Shown here: piece by piece, positions 1-8,736 of the stretch
Layout: each line of letters begins with the position of its first letter
Numbering within the stretch: position 1 is the stretch's first letter
From: an uncultured Candidatus Saccharibacteria bacterium
Lineage (GTDB): Bacteria; Patescibacteriota; Saccharimonadia; Saccharimonadales; CAYVSP01
DNA: 41,481 bases
Assembly: GCA_964625325.1 (NCBI GenBank)
Contig: CAZVBA010000001.1
Span: forward strand, 1-41,481
Direction of reading: 5' to 3'
The notes under the pieces: generated by a model
Seen by the model: only the letters and a program-made list of their open reading frames with translations
Databases searched by the model: none
Told to the model about the DNA's origin: nothing
Program-made: the position numbers and the translations under genes

Positions 1-488
1 AAACCAGGTTGACACGCTTCAACCAACCGTTCAAAGTTTTTAAATTTCGCTCGCACAGAAAGGCTTACAACGGCCTGTCGCCAGAAGAGGCTTTTGCCAA
101 AATGGGCCGGCCCGAACTTATCCGTGAATACCGCGACAATGGCGACTTTTTGAAACATGACCCGCGCGTGACTGGATTGGGCAGATTGCTGCGCAAAACC
201 AGCCTGGACGAAATCCCCCAGCTATTTAATGTCGTCAAGGGCGATTTGAGCCTGGTGGGGCCACGCGCCTTGGTGCCGGATGAGCTGGAACTGTATGCCA
301 AGCGCCACACCATTCTAAGCGTCAAGTCCGGTCTGACCGGGCTGGCTCAAGTGTCCGGCCGCAAAAGCATTAGTTTTGACGAACGCCGGAAGTTAGACAT
401 GTACTACGTCCAGAACTGGAGCTTTTGGCTAGACCTTGTCATCTTGCTCAAGACCGTTCGAGTCATTATCACTGAAGGGGAACAGTGA
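1..488 (+). CDS. Polyprenyl-phosphate sugar-1-phosphate transferase (bacterial sugar transferase family, WbaP/PglC-like catalytic domain), 5'-truncated by window edge
   Basis: The frame is open from base 3 with no upstream stop, so the TTG at 9 in the ORF track is probably internal. The translation carries family motifs PFKVFKFRS, DPRVTGLGRLLRKTSLDEIPQLFNVVKGDLSLVGPR and SGLTGLAQVSGR. The TGA stop (486-488) overlaps the next GTG start. Confidence 0.85.
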   Translation, partial: TRLTRFNQPFKVFKFRSHRKAYNGLSPEEAFAKMGRPELIREYRDNGDFLKHDPRVTGLGRLLRKTSLDEIPQLFNVVKGDLSLVGPRALVPDELELYAKRHTILSVKSGLTGLAQVSGRKSISFDERRKLDMYYVQNWSFWLDLVILLKTVRVIITEGEQ

Positions 489-1600
489 AAGACGTTTCCG
501 AGTTGAAGGTAGCCATCGTCCACGACTGGCTAATGGTCAATGGCGGCGCCGAGCGGGTCGTCTATGAACTGCACCAATTGTTTCCGGAAGCACCAATTTA
601 TACTTCATACTGCACGCCTGAGCAACGCGCTAAATTCGGCGGCAAAGTCATAACCGGCTATTTGCAGCACTGGCCATTCTCCAAACTGCGCAAGTTTCTG
701 CCAGTGTTGCGCATTCGCTGGTTCAGCCGGCTGAAGCTCGAGGGCTATGACTTAGTCATCAGCAGCTCGGGCGCCGAGGCTAAAGGCATTCAGGTCCCCA
801 AAGGCACACTGCACATTAATTACTGCCACGCGCCGACGCACTATTACTGGCGGCGCTTCAATGAATATTCGCAGGCACCCGGTTTTGGCCTGCTCGACCC
901 CCTAGCCCGCGTCGGTCTCAAGCTGCTGGTGGCTCCCTTGCGCAAGTGGGATATCAAAGCCGCCCAGCTGCCCGACATAATGATTGCTAACTCCACCTAC
1001 ATCCAATCCGAAATTAAAAAGTATTATGGCCGCGAGTCGGTCGTCATCAATCCGCCGGTCGATGTCGAACGCTTTAGGCTCAAAGGCCCGCTGAAAACGC
1101 GGCGTGGTTTTGTGACGGCTGGTCGTCAGACACCGTACAAGCGGTTTGATTTGGCGGTGGCCGCTTGCACTAAACTCGGCAAGCACCTGACGGTCATTGG
1201 CAATGGGCCGGCGCATAACAAACTACGCGAAATGGCTGGCCCCTTAGTGGTTACTTTCCTAACCACCGTGACCGATGCTCAAATGCCATTGGACTTTCAA
1301 AAAGCCCAGGCCTTTATTTTCCCGACTAAAGCCGAAGATTTTGGTATCACGCCGATTGAGGCCATGTCCGCCGGCACGCCGGTGATTGCTTTTAAAGGCG
1401 GTGGCCCGCTGGACTATGTTATTCCTGGCAAGACTGGCGAATTCTTTGAACAACAAACCGTTGAATCGCTAACTGAAGTGCTCAAAAATTTCGACCCAGC
1501 CAAATACGACCCTTACGTCATTTCCAACCACGCCAGACAATTCGGCCCCGACGTCTTCCGCCGTAAAATCTCCCGGCTGATTGCGGAGAAAGTGGCGTGA
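485..1600 (+). CDS. Glycosyltransferase, GT4 family (GT-B fold)
   Basis: 371-aa ORF with a GTGA start/stop overlap with the upstream gene and a GAAGGGG purine run just upstream. N-terminal KVAIVHDWL and C-terminal EDFGITPIEAMSAGTPVIA (E-x7-E region) are typical of Glycos_transf_1 enzymes. Confidence 0.85.
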   Translation: MKDVSELKVAIVHDWLMVNGGAERVVYELHQLFPEAPIYTSYCTPEQRAKFGGKVITGYLQHWPFSKLRKFLPVLRIRWFSRLKLEGYDLVISSSGAEAKGIQVPKGTLHINYCHAPTHYYWRRFNEYSQAPGFGLLDPLARVGLKLLVAPLRKWDIKAAQLPDIMIANSTYIQSEIKKYYGRESVVINPPVDVERFRLKGPLKTRRGFVTAGRQTPYKRFDLAVAACTKLGKHLTVIGNGPAHNKLREMAGPLVVTFLTTVTDAQMPLDFQKAQAFIFPTKAEDFGITPIEAMSAGTPVIAFKGGGPLDYVIPGKTGEFFEQQTVESLTEVLKNFDPAKYDPYVISNHARQFGPDVFRRKISRLIAEKVA

Positions 1601-2571
1601 AACAGGTCCTAGTAACCGGTGGTGCCGGCTATATCGGCAGCGTCTGCGTGGAACAACTTTTAGACCAAGGCTATGGCGTGACGGTCTTTGACAATTTGAG
1701 CGAAGGGCATAGGGACGCCGTCGATAAGCGGGCCAAATTGATAGTTGGGGACTTGCAGGATGCTGCCGCTATTAACAAGGCTGTGCGGACCGCCAAGCCA
1801 GACGCTGTCATGCATTTTGCCGCCAACGCATTGGTGGGCGAATCAATGCAAAACCCCTCGAAATACTTTCAGAACAATGTCCACGGCGGGCTCAACCTGC
1901 TTGATGCCATGGTAGCCAATGACGTTAAGCAGTTAGTTTTCTCTTCGTCGTGCGCAACCTTTGGTTTACCGGACAGCTTGCCGATTGATGAAAATGCGCC
2001 ACAACGGCCGATTAATCCATACGGCGAATCAAAACTGCTGTTTGAAAAAATACTGCGCTGGTATGATCAGATTCACGGCTTGAAGTTTGTAGCCTTGCGT
2101 TATTTCAATGCTGCCGGCGCCACTGCCAACTATGGCGAGGCGCACCGCACCGAAACCCACTTGGTCCCAAATATTCTCAAGGTGGCCCTCGGCCAAAAGC
2201 CCCACGTCGAAGTCTACGGCACAGACTATGACACGCCCGACGGCACCTGTATTCGCGACTATATTCACATCGTCGATCTAGGTCAGGCGCATATAAAAGC
2301 GCTCGGTGCCGCTAAGAGCGCCTTCTATAATCTTGGTACCGGCGGCGGTACCAGCGTGCGTGAAGTCATAGCGGCCGCCCAGAAAGTCAGCGGCCGGCAG
2401 ATTGCCGTCGTCGAAAAAGGGCGGCGACCCGGCGACCCGCCAAGGTTGGTGGCTTCATCTAAGAAAATACAAGCTGAACTAGGCTGGCGGCCGCAGTTTC
2501 AGACGATTGATGCCATTGTCGCCAGTGCTTGGGACTGGCACCAACGGCACCCCAGCGGCTACGACGACTAA
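1597..2571 (+). CDS. galE: UDP-glucose 4-epimerase
   Basis: 324 aa with Rossmann motif VLVTGGAGYIGS, catalytic YGESK (YxxxK) and LRYFNAAGA, matching GalE-type extended SDRs over the full length. The GTG start overlaps the upstream stop (GTGA), with GGAGA upstream. Confidence 0.9.
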   Translation: MKQVLVTGGAGYIGSVCVEQLLDQGYGVTVFDNLSEGHRDAVDKRAKLIVGDLQDAAAINKAVRTAKPDAVMHFAANALVGESMQNPSKYFQNNVHGGLNLLDAMVANDVKQLVFSSSCATFGLPDSLPIDENAPQRPINPYGESKLLFEKILRWYDQIHGLKFVALRYFNAAGATANYGEAHRTETHLVPNILKVALGQKPHVEVYGTDYDTPDGTCIRDYIHIVDLGQAHIKALGAAKSAFYNLGTGGGTSVREVIAAAQKVSGRQIAVVEKGRRPGDPPRLVASSKKIQAELGWRPQFQTIDAIVASAWDWHQRHPSGYDD

Positions 2572-2574
2572 AGC

Positions 2575-4104
2575 CTACAAAACCGCTAGCAGTTTAGGTA
2601 TGTAGCCTCCGTCGCTAATAGCGGCAGCCACTAGCTCATCGGCTCTTGATTGACTATCGGCATTGCTATACACCCGGAATTGTGGCGCATTGCCGGATGG
2701 CCGCAAATGCAGCACGTCGCCACTGGCAAACAGCAGCCGCAGTCCGTCGGTTAAATCGAGCGACCGCACCGCACCCAAATCAGTGCCGGCAAAGACCTGT
2801 TGCATGACCGCCTTGGTCTGGACCTCGTCCTGGCAGACTGCCAAGAAGCGCTTGATTTTATCCAGTGGCACATCGTCAATTAAACCGGCGTCGGTGTAGC
2901 GCGCCGGCAAGACGGCAAACAACTCAGAAACCGTCTGGTTGTTTTTGATAGCCGCCAGCAGGGCACAGATGATGGCTAGGCCGGCGTCACGCGTCGGCAG
3001 CGGTGTCAGCGTCTTGCCGTCCATTGTTATGTTGTTGCCAACCATGAAGCCGCCATTGACCTCCCAGCCAACGACCGCCCCGCTCGTTTGAGCGGCCGCC
3101 ATGGCACTGACGACGTAGGGCGAGCCGATTTTGGTATGGACCACTTCGATATTTTTGGCTACCAGATATTTATCAACGGCGTCGTTGCCGCTAATCGGCA
3201 GGGCCGCAAAGGTTGCGCCCAGAAAATCAGCTACCACCGCACCTAAAATATCGCCGCGGTAGAACGTGCCTTGCTCGTCAATCACAAACGGCCGGTCGCT
3301 ATCACCATCAGTCGAGACAATCGCAAAGGCGTCAGGGTGCTCGGCCGCAAACTTTTTAAATAGCGCTTGTTCTTTAGCTCTGACGTTTTCGGTATCAATC
3401 GGAATGAAAGTGTCGGAGCGTTCAATTGGTATTACCTCAGCGCCCAGGCCACGCAGTATGTCGACCAGTAAATCACGCCCCACCGCACTCTGCTGGTAAA
3501 AGACTATCTTTTTGCCAACCAGGCTATCGGCGACAAAGAAGTCATTAAAGCGCTGTGTGTAGCGGCTTTTGGCGTCGGGGTCTTCCGGTGGCACGACCGG
3601 CAAACTTTTCAAAGAGCCGGCTGGGTTAAAGGCCGAGGCCGTCGCATCTTCTTGATAAACAGCCGCTCGCGCTTCGGCGACGCAAGCCTTTATAGCCGCC
3701 TCGTCTTCTTTCAGTACCTCGCCCTCTTTTTTGTAGTATTTGATGCCGTTGCGGTCGGCCGGAATATGACTGCCCGTCACCATCACGCAGGGCTTATGCT
3801 GCTCGTAGGCCAGCAGCGCTACCGTTGGGGTCGGCACCAGGCCACAGTTCACGACCGCGTGACCGGCATCCTGGATAGCCGCCGTTACAACTTGCATAAT
3901 GCGCGGCGTGCTGTCGCGCAAATCGCCGGCGATTAATATTTCGGAGTTAGGTTCTAACGAATCGTGCTGCTCTAGAAATGCCACAAAACCAGCCGTATTG
4001 ATGTAGCACTCCAGGTCGGTCATGTCTTTTACTAATCCGCGCAATCCAGACGTGCCAAATGTCAGTTCTACCGGTGTATGGCTAAGGCTATTTTGGAGCG
4101 TCAT
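2575..4104 (-). CDS. Alpha-D-phosphohexomutase (phosphomannomutase/phosphoglucomutase family)
   Basis: 509 aa with all four family motifs in order: phosphoserine loop VTGSHIPADRNG, metal loop STDGDSDRP, sugar loop GWEVNGGF and phosphate loop RPSGNAPQFRVY. The start overlaps the manC stop by 4 nt. Confidence 0.85.
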   Translation of the reverse strand: MTLQNSLSHTPVELTFGTSGLRGLVKDMTDLECYINTAGFVAFLEQHDSLEPNSEILIAGDLRDSTPRIMQVVTAAIQDAGHAVVNCGLVPTPTVALLAYEQHKPCVMVTGSHIPADRNGIKYYKKEGEVLKEDEAAIKACVAEARAAVYQEDATASAFNPAGSLKSLPVVPPEDPDAKSRYTQRFNDFFVADSLVGKKIVFYQQSAVGRDLLVDILRGLGAEVIPIERSDTFIPIDTENVRAKEQALFKKFAAEHPDAFAIVSTDGDSDRPFVIDEQGTFYRGDILGAVVADFLGATFAALPISGNDAVDKYLVAKNIEVVHTKIGSPYVVSAMAAAQTSGAVVGWEVNGGFMVGNNITMDGKTLTPLPTRDAGLAIICALLAAIKNNQTVSELFAVLPARYTDAGLIDDVPLDKIKRFLAVCQDEVQTKAVMQQVFAGTDLGAVRSLDLTDGLRLLFASGDVLHLRPSGNAPQFRVYSNADSQSRADELVAAAISDGGYIPKLLAVL

Positions 4105-5138
4105 TTTTGGTTAAATTTTTTGCTTATTTCGCCGACCTGCTGAGCCAGGTCCTTGCGCGTCACCAGCAGGCCGTGCGGCGTATTGATGACGGCAACATTG
4201 TCCAGGCCGATGACGGCCACAGGTTTATCTTCGTGGTTGCGTATAATCGAATTTTCGACACCGGCAATTTCGACCTGTTCGCCCTGAATATGGTTGCCCT
4301 GCTCGTCACTGCCAACGGCCTTGTGCAGGTCGCCGTATGAGCCAAGATCCATCCAGTCAAAATTAGCCGGTACCACCAGCAGGTCCTGGAGTTTTTCAAT
4401 TAATGCATAGTCAATCGAGATGTTTTCGAACGCAAGATACAGCTTCTCCAGTGCCTGCTTGCTCTTGGCACCGGCCAGAGCTTCAAAGTCTTTTTTGAGC
4501 CGCGGCTCGGCCTGCTCCATGGCCCGCAGAAAGGTATTCAATGAGCCAACAAAGAAACCGCAGTTCCATAGATATTCACCGCTGTTGACATACTTCTGGG
4601 CAGTTTGATAATCCGGCTTTTCTTTAAAGGCCTGAACGTTATAAGCCTGTTCTTTCTTATCAAACGCCTCGCCCTTGTGAATATAGCCGAAGCCGGTGGC
4701 CGGATGGTCCGGCTCGACGCCGACCTGGACGATGCGGTCAGTTTCTTTGGATAGTCGGCCGGCGATTTTGAAAGAGTGCACGAAGCCGCGGGTATCGCGG
4801 ATGTAGTGGTCGGCCGGCATAAAGGCAATCGGTTCATCAGGATCGTGCTGCTTAGCAATCTCGTGCAGTGCCAGCACAATACAGCTGGCTGTGCCGCGCC
4901 GCCCAGGCTCGATTATGAAGCTCTTATCGGCTAGTTTTGGCAGTTGTTCTTTGACGTGCTTAGCGTGCCCCGCCTCGGTCACGACATAAATGTCATCAGT
5001 CAGGGCGGTGGCCCGTTCATAGGCATAATGAAGCAACGCTTTCTTGCCGGTTAGAGCCAGCAAATGTTTAGGACGCTCCGGCGTCGACAGCGGCCACAAG
5101 CGCGTTCCCGACCCGCCGGCAATAATGACAGTAATCAC
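4101..5138 (-). CDS. manC: Mannose-1-phosphate guanylyltransferase (short form, no cupin/PMI domain)
   Basis: 345 aa with the N-terminal nucleotidyltransferase signature VIIAGGSGTRLWPLS plus FMPADHYI and GFGYI, as in ManC/CpsB. GTG start at 5138. Translationally coupled to the phosphohexomutase. Confidence 0.85.
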   Translation of the reverse strand: MITVIIAGGSGTRLWPLSTPERPKHLLALTGKKALLHYAYERATALTDDIYVVTEAGHAKHVKEQLPKLADKSFIIEPGRRGTASCIVLALHEIAKQHDPDEPIAFMPADHYIRDTRGFVHSFKIAGRLSKETDRIVQVGVEPDHPATGFGYIHKGEAFDKKEQAYNVQAFKEKPDYQTAQKYVNSGEYLWNCGFFVGSLNTFLRAMEQAEPRLKKDFEALAGAKSKQALEKLYLAFENISIDYALIEKLQDLLVVPANFDWMDLGSYGDLHKAVGSDEQGNHIQGEQVEIAGVENSIIRNHEDKPVAVIGLDNVAVINTPHGLLVTRKDLAQQVGEISKKFNQK

Positions 5139-5144
5139 CTTAAG

Positions 5145-5153
5145 ATAATACCA
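5145..5153 (-). promoter_or_regulatory. Putative extended -10 promoter, leaderless head of the manC-phosphohexomutase operon
   Basis: The minus strand reads TGGTATTAT, then 6 nt (cttaag), then the GTG start at 5138. There is no Shine-Dalgarno in between. Confidence 0.4.
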
Positions 5154-5174
5154 GAAGCCAGCGCTGGCTAGGCG

Positions 5175-5738
5175 TTACTTCTGCAGGTCTTTCTTGATAG
5201 CTTGGGAAACTTTGCTGGAATCCTGCAGGTTCTCCCAGAAAAGGATCTGGTCGCCCTTGATAGTCATCTCGTTTTCCGGGCTATGCGCCTCGCTGCTGAG
5301 CCTGGACAAGACCGGCGTCTGGGTTTGCTTGGTCGTGTCAGTGGCTTGGCCGCTGGCTTGGGTGTGCAGGAAATAGACGTCGGTTAAGGTCGGGTTGGCC
5401 GAATCGGCGTTTTTAAGGTGGCCGAAGTAGACAGCACCACCAGTCAAAAAGACGGCTTGGAATTGGTTAGACTTGACGACGGGCCGATGAGACAGCGTGA
5501 CGCCGACCAGTAGGACGGCTGCAATCACGGCATAGATGAGCACGGCACGGACATTCATTAAGCCGTAGTAAGCCAAGACCAGCACAGTGACGACCACCGC
5601 AAAGACCATGGTGCTAAAGTTGGCAACAGAAAGCAGGCTCGTGAAATAAGCCAGACCGGCGGCAACTATTAAGAGCAACAGCACAAAACCGGCAAAATGC
5701 TTCACTAACCACTTGAATTGACCTTTGGCGCTGCTCAT
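5175..5738 (-). CDS. Membrane protein of unknown function (3 N-terminal TM helices plus ~100-aa extracytoplasmic tail with a T/Q-rich stretch)
   Basis: 187-aa ORF with a strong SD (GGAGGG) 2-3 nt spaced upstream of the ATG. It has hydrophobic segments FAGFVLLLLIVAAGLAYF, MVFAVVVTVLVLAYYGL and VLIYAVIAAVLLVGV. I recognise no family. Confidence 0.6.
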   Translation of the reverse strand: MSSAKGQFKWLVKHFAGFVLLLLIVAAGLAYFTSLLSVANFSTMVFAVVVTVLVLAYYGLMNVRAVLIYAVIAAVLLVGVTLSHRPVVKSNQFQAVFLTGGAVYFGHLKNADSANPTLTDVYFLHTQASGQATDTTKQTQTPVLSRLSSEAHSPENEMTIKGDQILFWENLQDSSKVSQAIKKDLQK

Positions 5739-5817
5739 AAACCCTCCATAAAGTAATGCTTTCTACGGTTCAGTATATCAGTGACAAACCGCTAACCATA
5801 AAGAAAAACTTAAGAAA

Positions 5818-6453
5818 CTAAGGTAATTTTAGACTGGTTTTGATTTGGCTGGCCAGCTGGCTGACATCTCTTTGGCTGACCGACTCGAGCGTCAGGTAAT
5901 AGGCATCATGGCCACGCGGAATAATAAACAAGTGGGCGTAGACTATCGTTTTGCCATCCTTGCCGGTGTAATGCCAGGAATAGTCAGCGGCGTCAAAGCC
6001 GTCCAGCTTCAGGCGTTCGTCACCATCCTTTTGAAAGTTCTTGTAAGCCTGCGGCAAACTCTTTGAAGCGTTTAGTTCCAAGATGTCTAGAACATTGCGC
6101 TTGGCCAGAATGGCGCCGGTGTCAGCGCCCTTTTCTTTGGCAACTGTTATGTCGCTGGTGGGATTAGTTTTTTGGAGGACGGCAATGACGTTTTTATTGG
6201 CACTGTCGGTTAATGAAAAAGTTTTGGGATAGCTAAATGCTAAGCCCTGTTCACTGAGAGTGCGGTTGGCAGACCGGCTGACCAGCCAGTACACCACCCC
6301 CCCAATGATCAGTAAGGTGAGCGCGATAGCTAAGGCTAGCCATTTGACGACAGCTGGACGTGCTTTTTTTGGCGCCAAGGCTAGTTTGTGCGGCTGCTGG
6401 ACGCCGCGCATTACATCAGTTAATGGACCGGTTGGCTTTTTAGCTGTCTCCAT
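5818..6453 (-). CDS. Membrane-anchored extracytoplasmic protein, possible PsbP/DcrB-like domain
   Basis: 211 aa with a single N-terminal TM (WLALAIALTLLIIGGVVYWLV) followed by a ~150-aa domain beginning LAFSYPKTF. The architecture is shared with 8737..9321. Confidence 0.6.
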   Translation of the reverse strand: METAKKPTGPLTDVMRGVQQPHKLALAPKKARPAVVKWLALAIALTLLIIGGVVYWLVSRSANRTLSEQGLAFSYPKTFSLTDSANKNVIAVLQKTNPTSDITVAKEKGADTGAILAKRNVLDILELNASKSLPQAYKNFQKDGDERLKLDGFDAADYSWHYTGKDGKTIVYAHLFIIPRGHDAYYLTLESVSQRDVSQLASQIKTSLKLP

Positions 6454-6460
6454 AGCAGGT

Positions 6461-6469
6461 ATTTAACCA
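6461..6469 (-). promoter_or_regulatory. Putative extended -10 promoter for 5818..6453 (leaderless)
   Basis: The minus strand reads TGGTTAAAT, then 7 nt, then the ATG at 6453. It sits directly downstream of the terminator hairpin. Confidence 0.35.
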
Positions 6470-6490
6470 TAGCTACGACGGTTTACATAA

Positions 6491-6516
6491 AAGAGGGGCT
6501 CTGATGAGCCCCTCTT
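6491..6516 (-). terminator. Rho-independent terminator after the 668-aa repeat-protein gene
   Basis: Perfect 11-bp stem AAGAGGGGCTC/GAGCCCCTCTT with a 4-nt loop, 19 nt past the stop codon. On the minus strand the stem runs into TTTTAT. Confidence 0.65.
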
Positions 6517-6534
6517 CATACAGCACGTTTTATT

Positions 6535-8541
6535 TTAGTTGTTGGCCTTGGCCAGCTGGACCCAGCGGTTACTGCTGTAGAGTAACGTTAGCGAGCTGTA
6601 TTGGCCGAGGGTGGCATTGCCGGATAGTTCGGTCACGCCAGCCGAGTCAGTGAAGTTGACGTTCTTGGAACTGCTGTTCACGATGACGACGATGTCGCCG
6701 TCTGAAGCACCGGCTTCACTCATGGTAACGTCACAGGCTTCATTGTCCTGACAGTCAACAGACACATAGGACTTGCTTGGGTTCAGCGTACCGGTAGCGT
6801 TGCTACCGTCGCTGTTGTCCAGCACGGTGAAGGTCTGCTTGCCGAGGTTGACGACGCCGCCGACGGTTAAGTCAGAGGTGGTAACATCAGTGAAGCTGGC
6901 CGAACTGCCTTCATGCGCAAAGTAGCTGGAATCGTGGCCTTCAAGTGTGGCCGCATCAACGTTAGTAATGCTTGAGCCGTCAGTTCCGCACGTCAGGTTG
7001 CCATTGGCAGCTATGGCGTTGGCAAAGGCACCAGCGCCACAATCAGTCGGGTCTACCGTAAAGCCATCGGCTGTAGTAGCCGAGTTGGCGCTATCGGCCG
7101 TGCTGGCCACTGTCGCCGTGTCAGCCGTCGTGGCGTTGCCGTTGACATCGCCGGTCAATCCACCAAAGATAGTACCGTCCACCGACAGGTCATTGGCAAA
7201 GTAGCCATCGCCGCCCAGCACGTTGAAGCCGCCGACATTGACATTAACATCGCCGCCAAAGTTGGCGTCGCCGTCAACGGTCAGATCGCCCGTAAACTCA
7301 CTACTGACAGAGTCTAACAACGCGACATTGCCGGACAGGCTGGAATCCTGGATATTGGTTATGCCACCACCGTCGCCGACAAAGGTCCCGCCGACGACTG
7401 TTAGATGTCCGTTCACTTGCACATCGGCATCCTGACCATTAGCGCCAAGGGCGATACAACCGCCACTACCAAAGCCGTAACCGCAATCGGTTTGGACGTT
7501 AAAAGCTACTTGGTTATTGGGTGTTCCCCAGCCGCCGACGTTGAAGTCGCCGCGTAGATCTTCACTGCCCCATACTTTCAGGCCACTCAAATCGCTGTGG
7601 CGGCCTATGGTGACTGAATCGCCACCCTCACCGTAAAGTCGGCCATTAACCGCTATGACATCGTTGACGTCGGTACCTAGGTTGACAGCCCCGTTCAAGT
7701 TGGTCGTATTGCCGCTACTGACGGTTAGGTCACCGCCGAGGACATTTAGATTGCCCTCAAAACCGGAGTTGCCCCAAACAGCCAGATTATTGTTCTCGCC
7801 CTCACTACCGACACAGACGGCATCGCTGCCCAGAATACCACAGCCCGAAACGCCAGAGCGTAATACTGAGCTGTTTTGGAGGTAGATATCGCCGTTGGCG
7901 ATTGTTTCACCGTTAACAGTTAGATCTCCGCCTAACTCGCCGGTACCGACTGTAAAGTCGCCAGTAACACCGGTCAGGTCATTAGATACCGCGAAGTCCG
8001 CCGTAAGCGTGCCGTTCACTGTTAGATCGTTAAATGAACTGCTGCCAGAAGCGGCTGTAACATTTCCAGTGACATCACCAGTCAGGTTGCCTGTGATTGT
8101 TCCGCCGGCGGTCAAAGCACCTTGCACAAAGGTATGAGTGCCGTCCAGGAATAAGAAGTCGTCAGTGCCGATATGCAGATCGCCGTTATCGTAGATTTTG
8201 GAACCGGTGTAAGTATTGTTAGTAGAGTTATAGGTCTGTAATTCTTTGCCACGAATATTGTTATTAGCTATGACCGTTTGTGGTGTATCCAGATAGAGGT
8301 TGCCTTGCGTACTAACATGGAGGTTACCGCTGGTTGAGAAGATCTTGCTGCTGTCGTGGAAATCAACCGTATTGGTGACACCACTGACAAACTCCCACAA
8401 ATGGTCAGTAAAGGATGACGCGGCCGAAGCTTGCGCCGGTACAAGGAGGATTAATAAAGGACTGGCTAGAATTGCCGCCAGGCTCAATTTTTTTCCTAAA
8501 TAATAAAAAAGCCCGCTGGACCAGCTAACTTGATTTGACAT
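6535..8541 (-). CDS. Secreted beta-helix / tail-fibre-like repeat protein (candidate surface adhesin)
   Basis: 668 aa with a signal peptide ending LLVPAQASA. The body is G/T/N/D/V-rich with iterated GDLTV / LTGDVTGN / NDLTV motifs. Eight Cys form four local pairs. The C-terminal part has an ATTADTATVASTADSANSATTAD run and ATLEGHDSSYFA. SD GAGAGGA lies 5 nt upstream, and the gene has its own terminator. Confidence 0.8.
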   Translation of the reverse strand: MSNQVSWSSGLFYYLGKKLSLAAILASPLLILLVPAQASAASSFTDHLWEFVSGVTNTVDFHDSSKIFSTSGNLHVSTQGNLYLDTPQTVIANNNIRGKELQTYNSTNNTYTGSKIYDNGDLHIGTDDFLFLDGTHTFVQGALTAGGTITGNLTGDVTGNVTAASGSSSFNDLTVNGTLTADFAVSNDLTGVTGDFTVGTGELGGDLTVNGETIANGDIYLQNSSVLRSGVSGCGILGSDAVCVGSEGENNNLAVWGNSGFEGNLNVLGGDLTVSSGNTTNLNGAVNLGTDVNDVIAVNGRLYGEGGDSVTIGRHSDLSGLKVWGSEDLRGDFNVGGWGTPNNQVAFNVQTDCGYGFGSGGCIALGANGQDADVQVNGHLTVVGGTFVGDGGGITNIQDSSLSGNVALLDSVSSEFTGDLTVDGDANFGGDVNVNVGGFNVLGGDGYFANDLSVDGTIFGGLTGDVNGNATTADTATVASTADSANSATTADGFTVDPTDCGAGAFANAIAANGNLTCGTDGSSITNVDAATLEGHDSSYFAHEGSSASFTDVTTSDLTVGGVVNLGKQTFTVLDNSDGSNATGTLNPSKSYVSVDCQDNEACDVTMSEAGASDGDIVVIVNSSSKNVNFTDSAGVTELSGNATLGQYSSLTLLYSSNRWVQLAKANN

Positions 8542-8601
8542 ACTATTCCTCTCGGCACCTTACTTAATGATGACCACGCTTATGGTTCCCTGATGTTATA
8601 G

Positions 8602-8630
8602 GTTATACGCTTCTTTGAACCGTGATACAA
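8602..8630 (-). promoter_or_regulatory. Candidate sigma70-type promoter for the 668-aa gene
   Basis: The minus strand reads TTGTAT-17 nt-TATAAC, leaving a ~55-nt leader with an SD. Confidence 0.3.
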
Positions 8631-8724
8631 CATAACACTAACTATGCCTGTGGATTACTTCATATATTTAAGAAGTTGGGTGCGATTATTGTGGCCGAGA
8701 ATGCATACGGACGGTTTTTTAGGC

Positions 8725-8730
8725 TAGAAT
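8725..8730 (+). promoter_or_regulatory. Candidate -10 element, leaderless start of 8737..9321
   Basis: TAGAAT, then 6 nt, then the ATG at 8737, with no SD. No convincing -35. Confidence 0.3.
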
Positions 8731-8736
8731 GAAGCA

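Noticed and set aside
5157-5168. Perfect 12-nt palindrome GCCAGCGCTGGC between 5175..5738 and the manC promoter, considered as a terminator
   Set aside because: With no loop it can form at most a 4-bp stem, and it lacks a proper U-tract. It is too weak to call.
6947-8503. Five plus-strand ORFs of 67-85 aa (6947-7204, 7223-7435, 7655-7885, 7895-8137, 8300-8503) antisense to the 668-aa repeat-protein gene
   Set aside because: All lie inside the long minus-strand ORF. Their translations are P/S/T/V-rich low-complexity strings, as expected from the reverse complement of a G/T/N/D repeat gene. None has an SD or promoter-like element.
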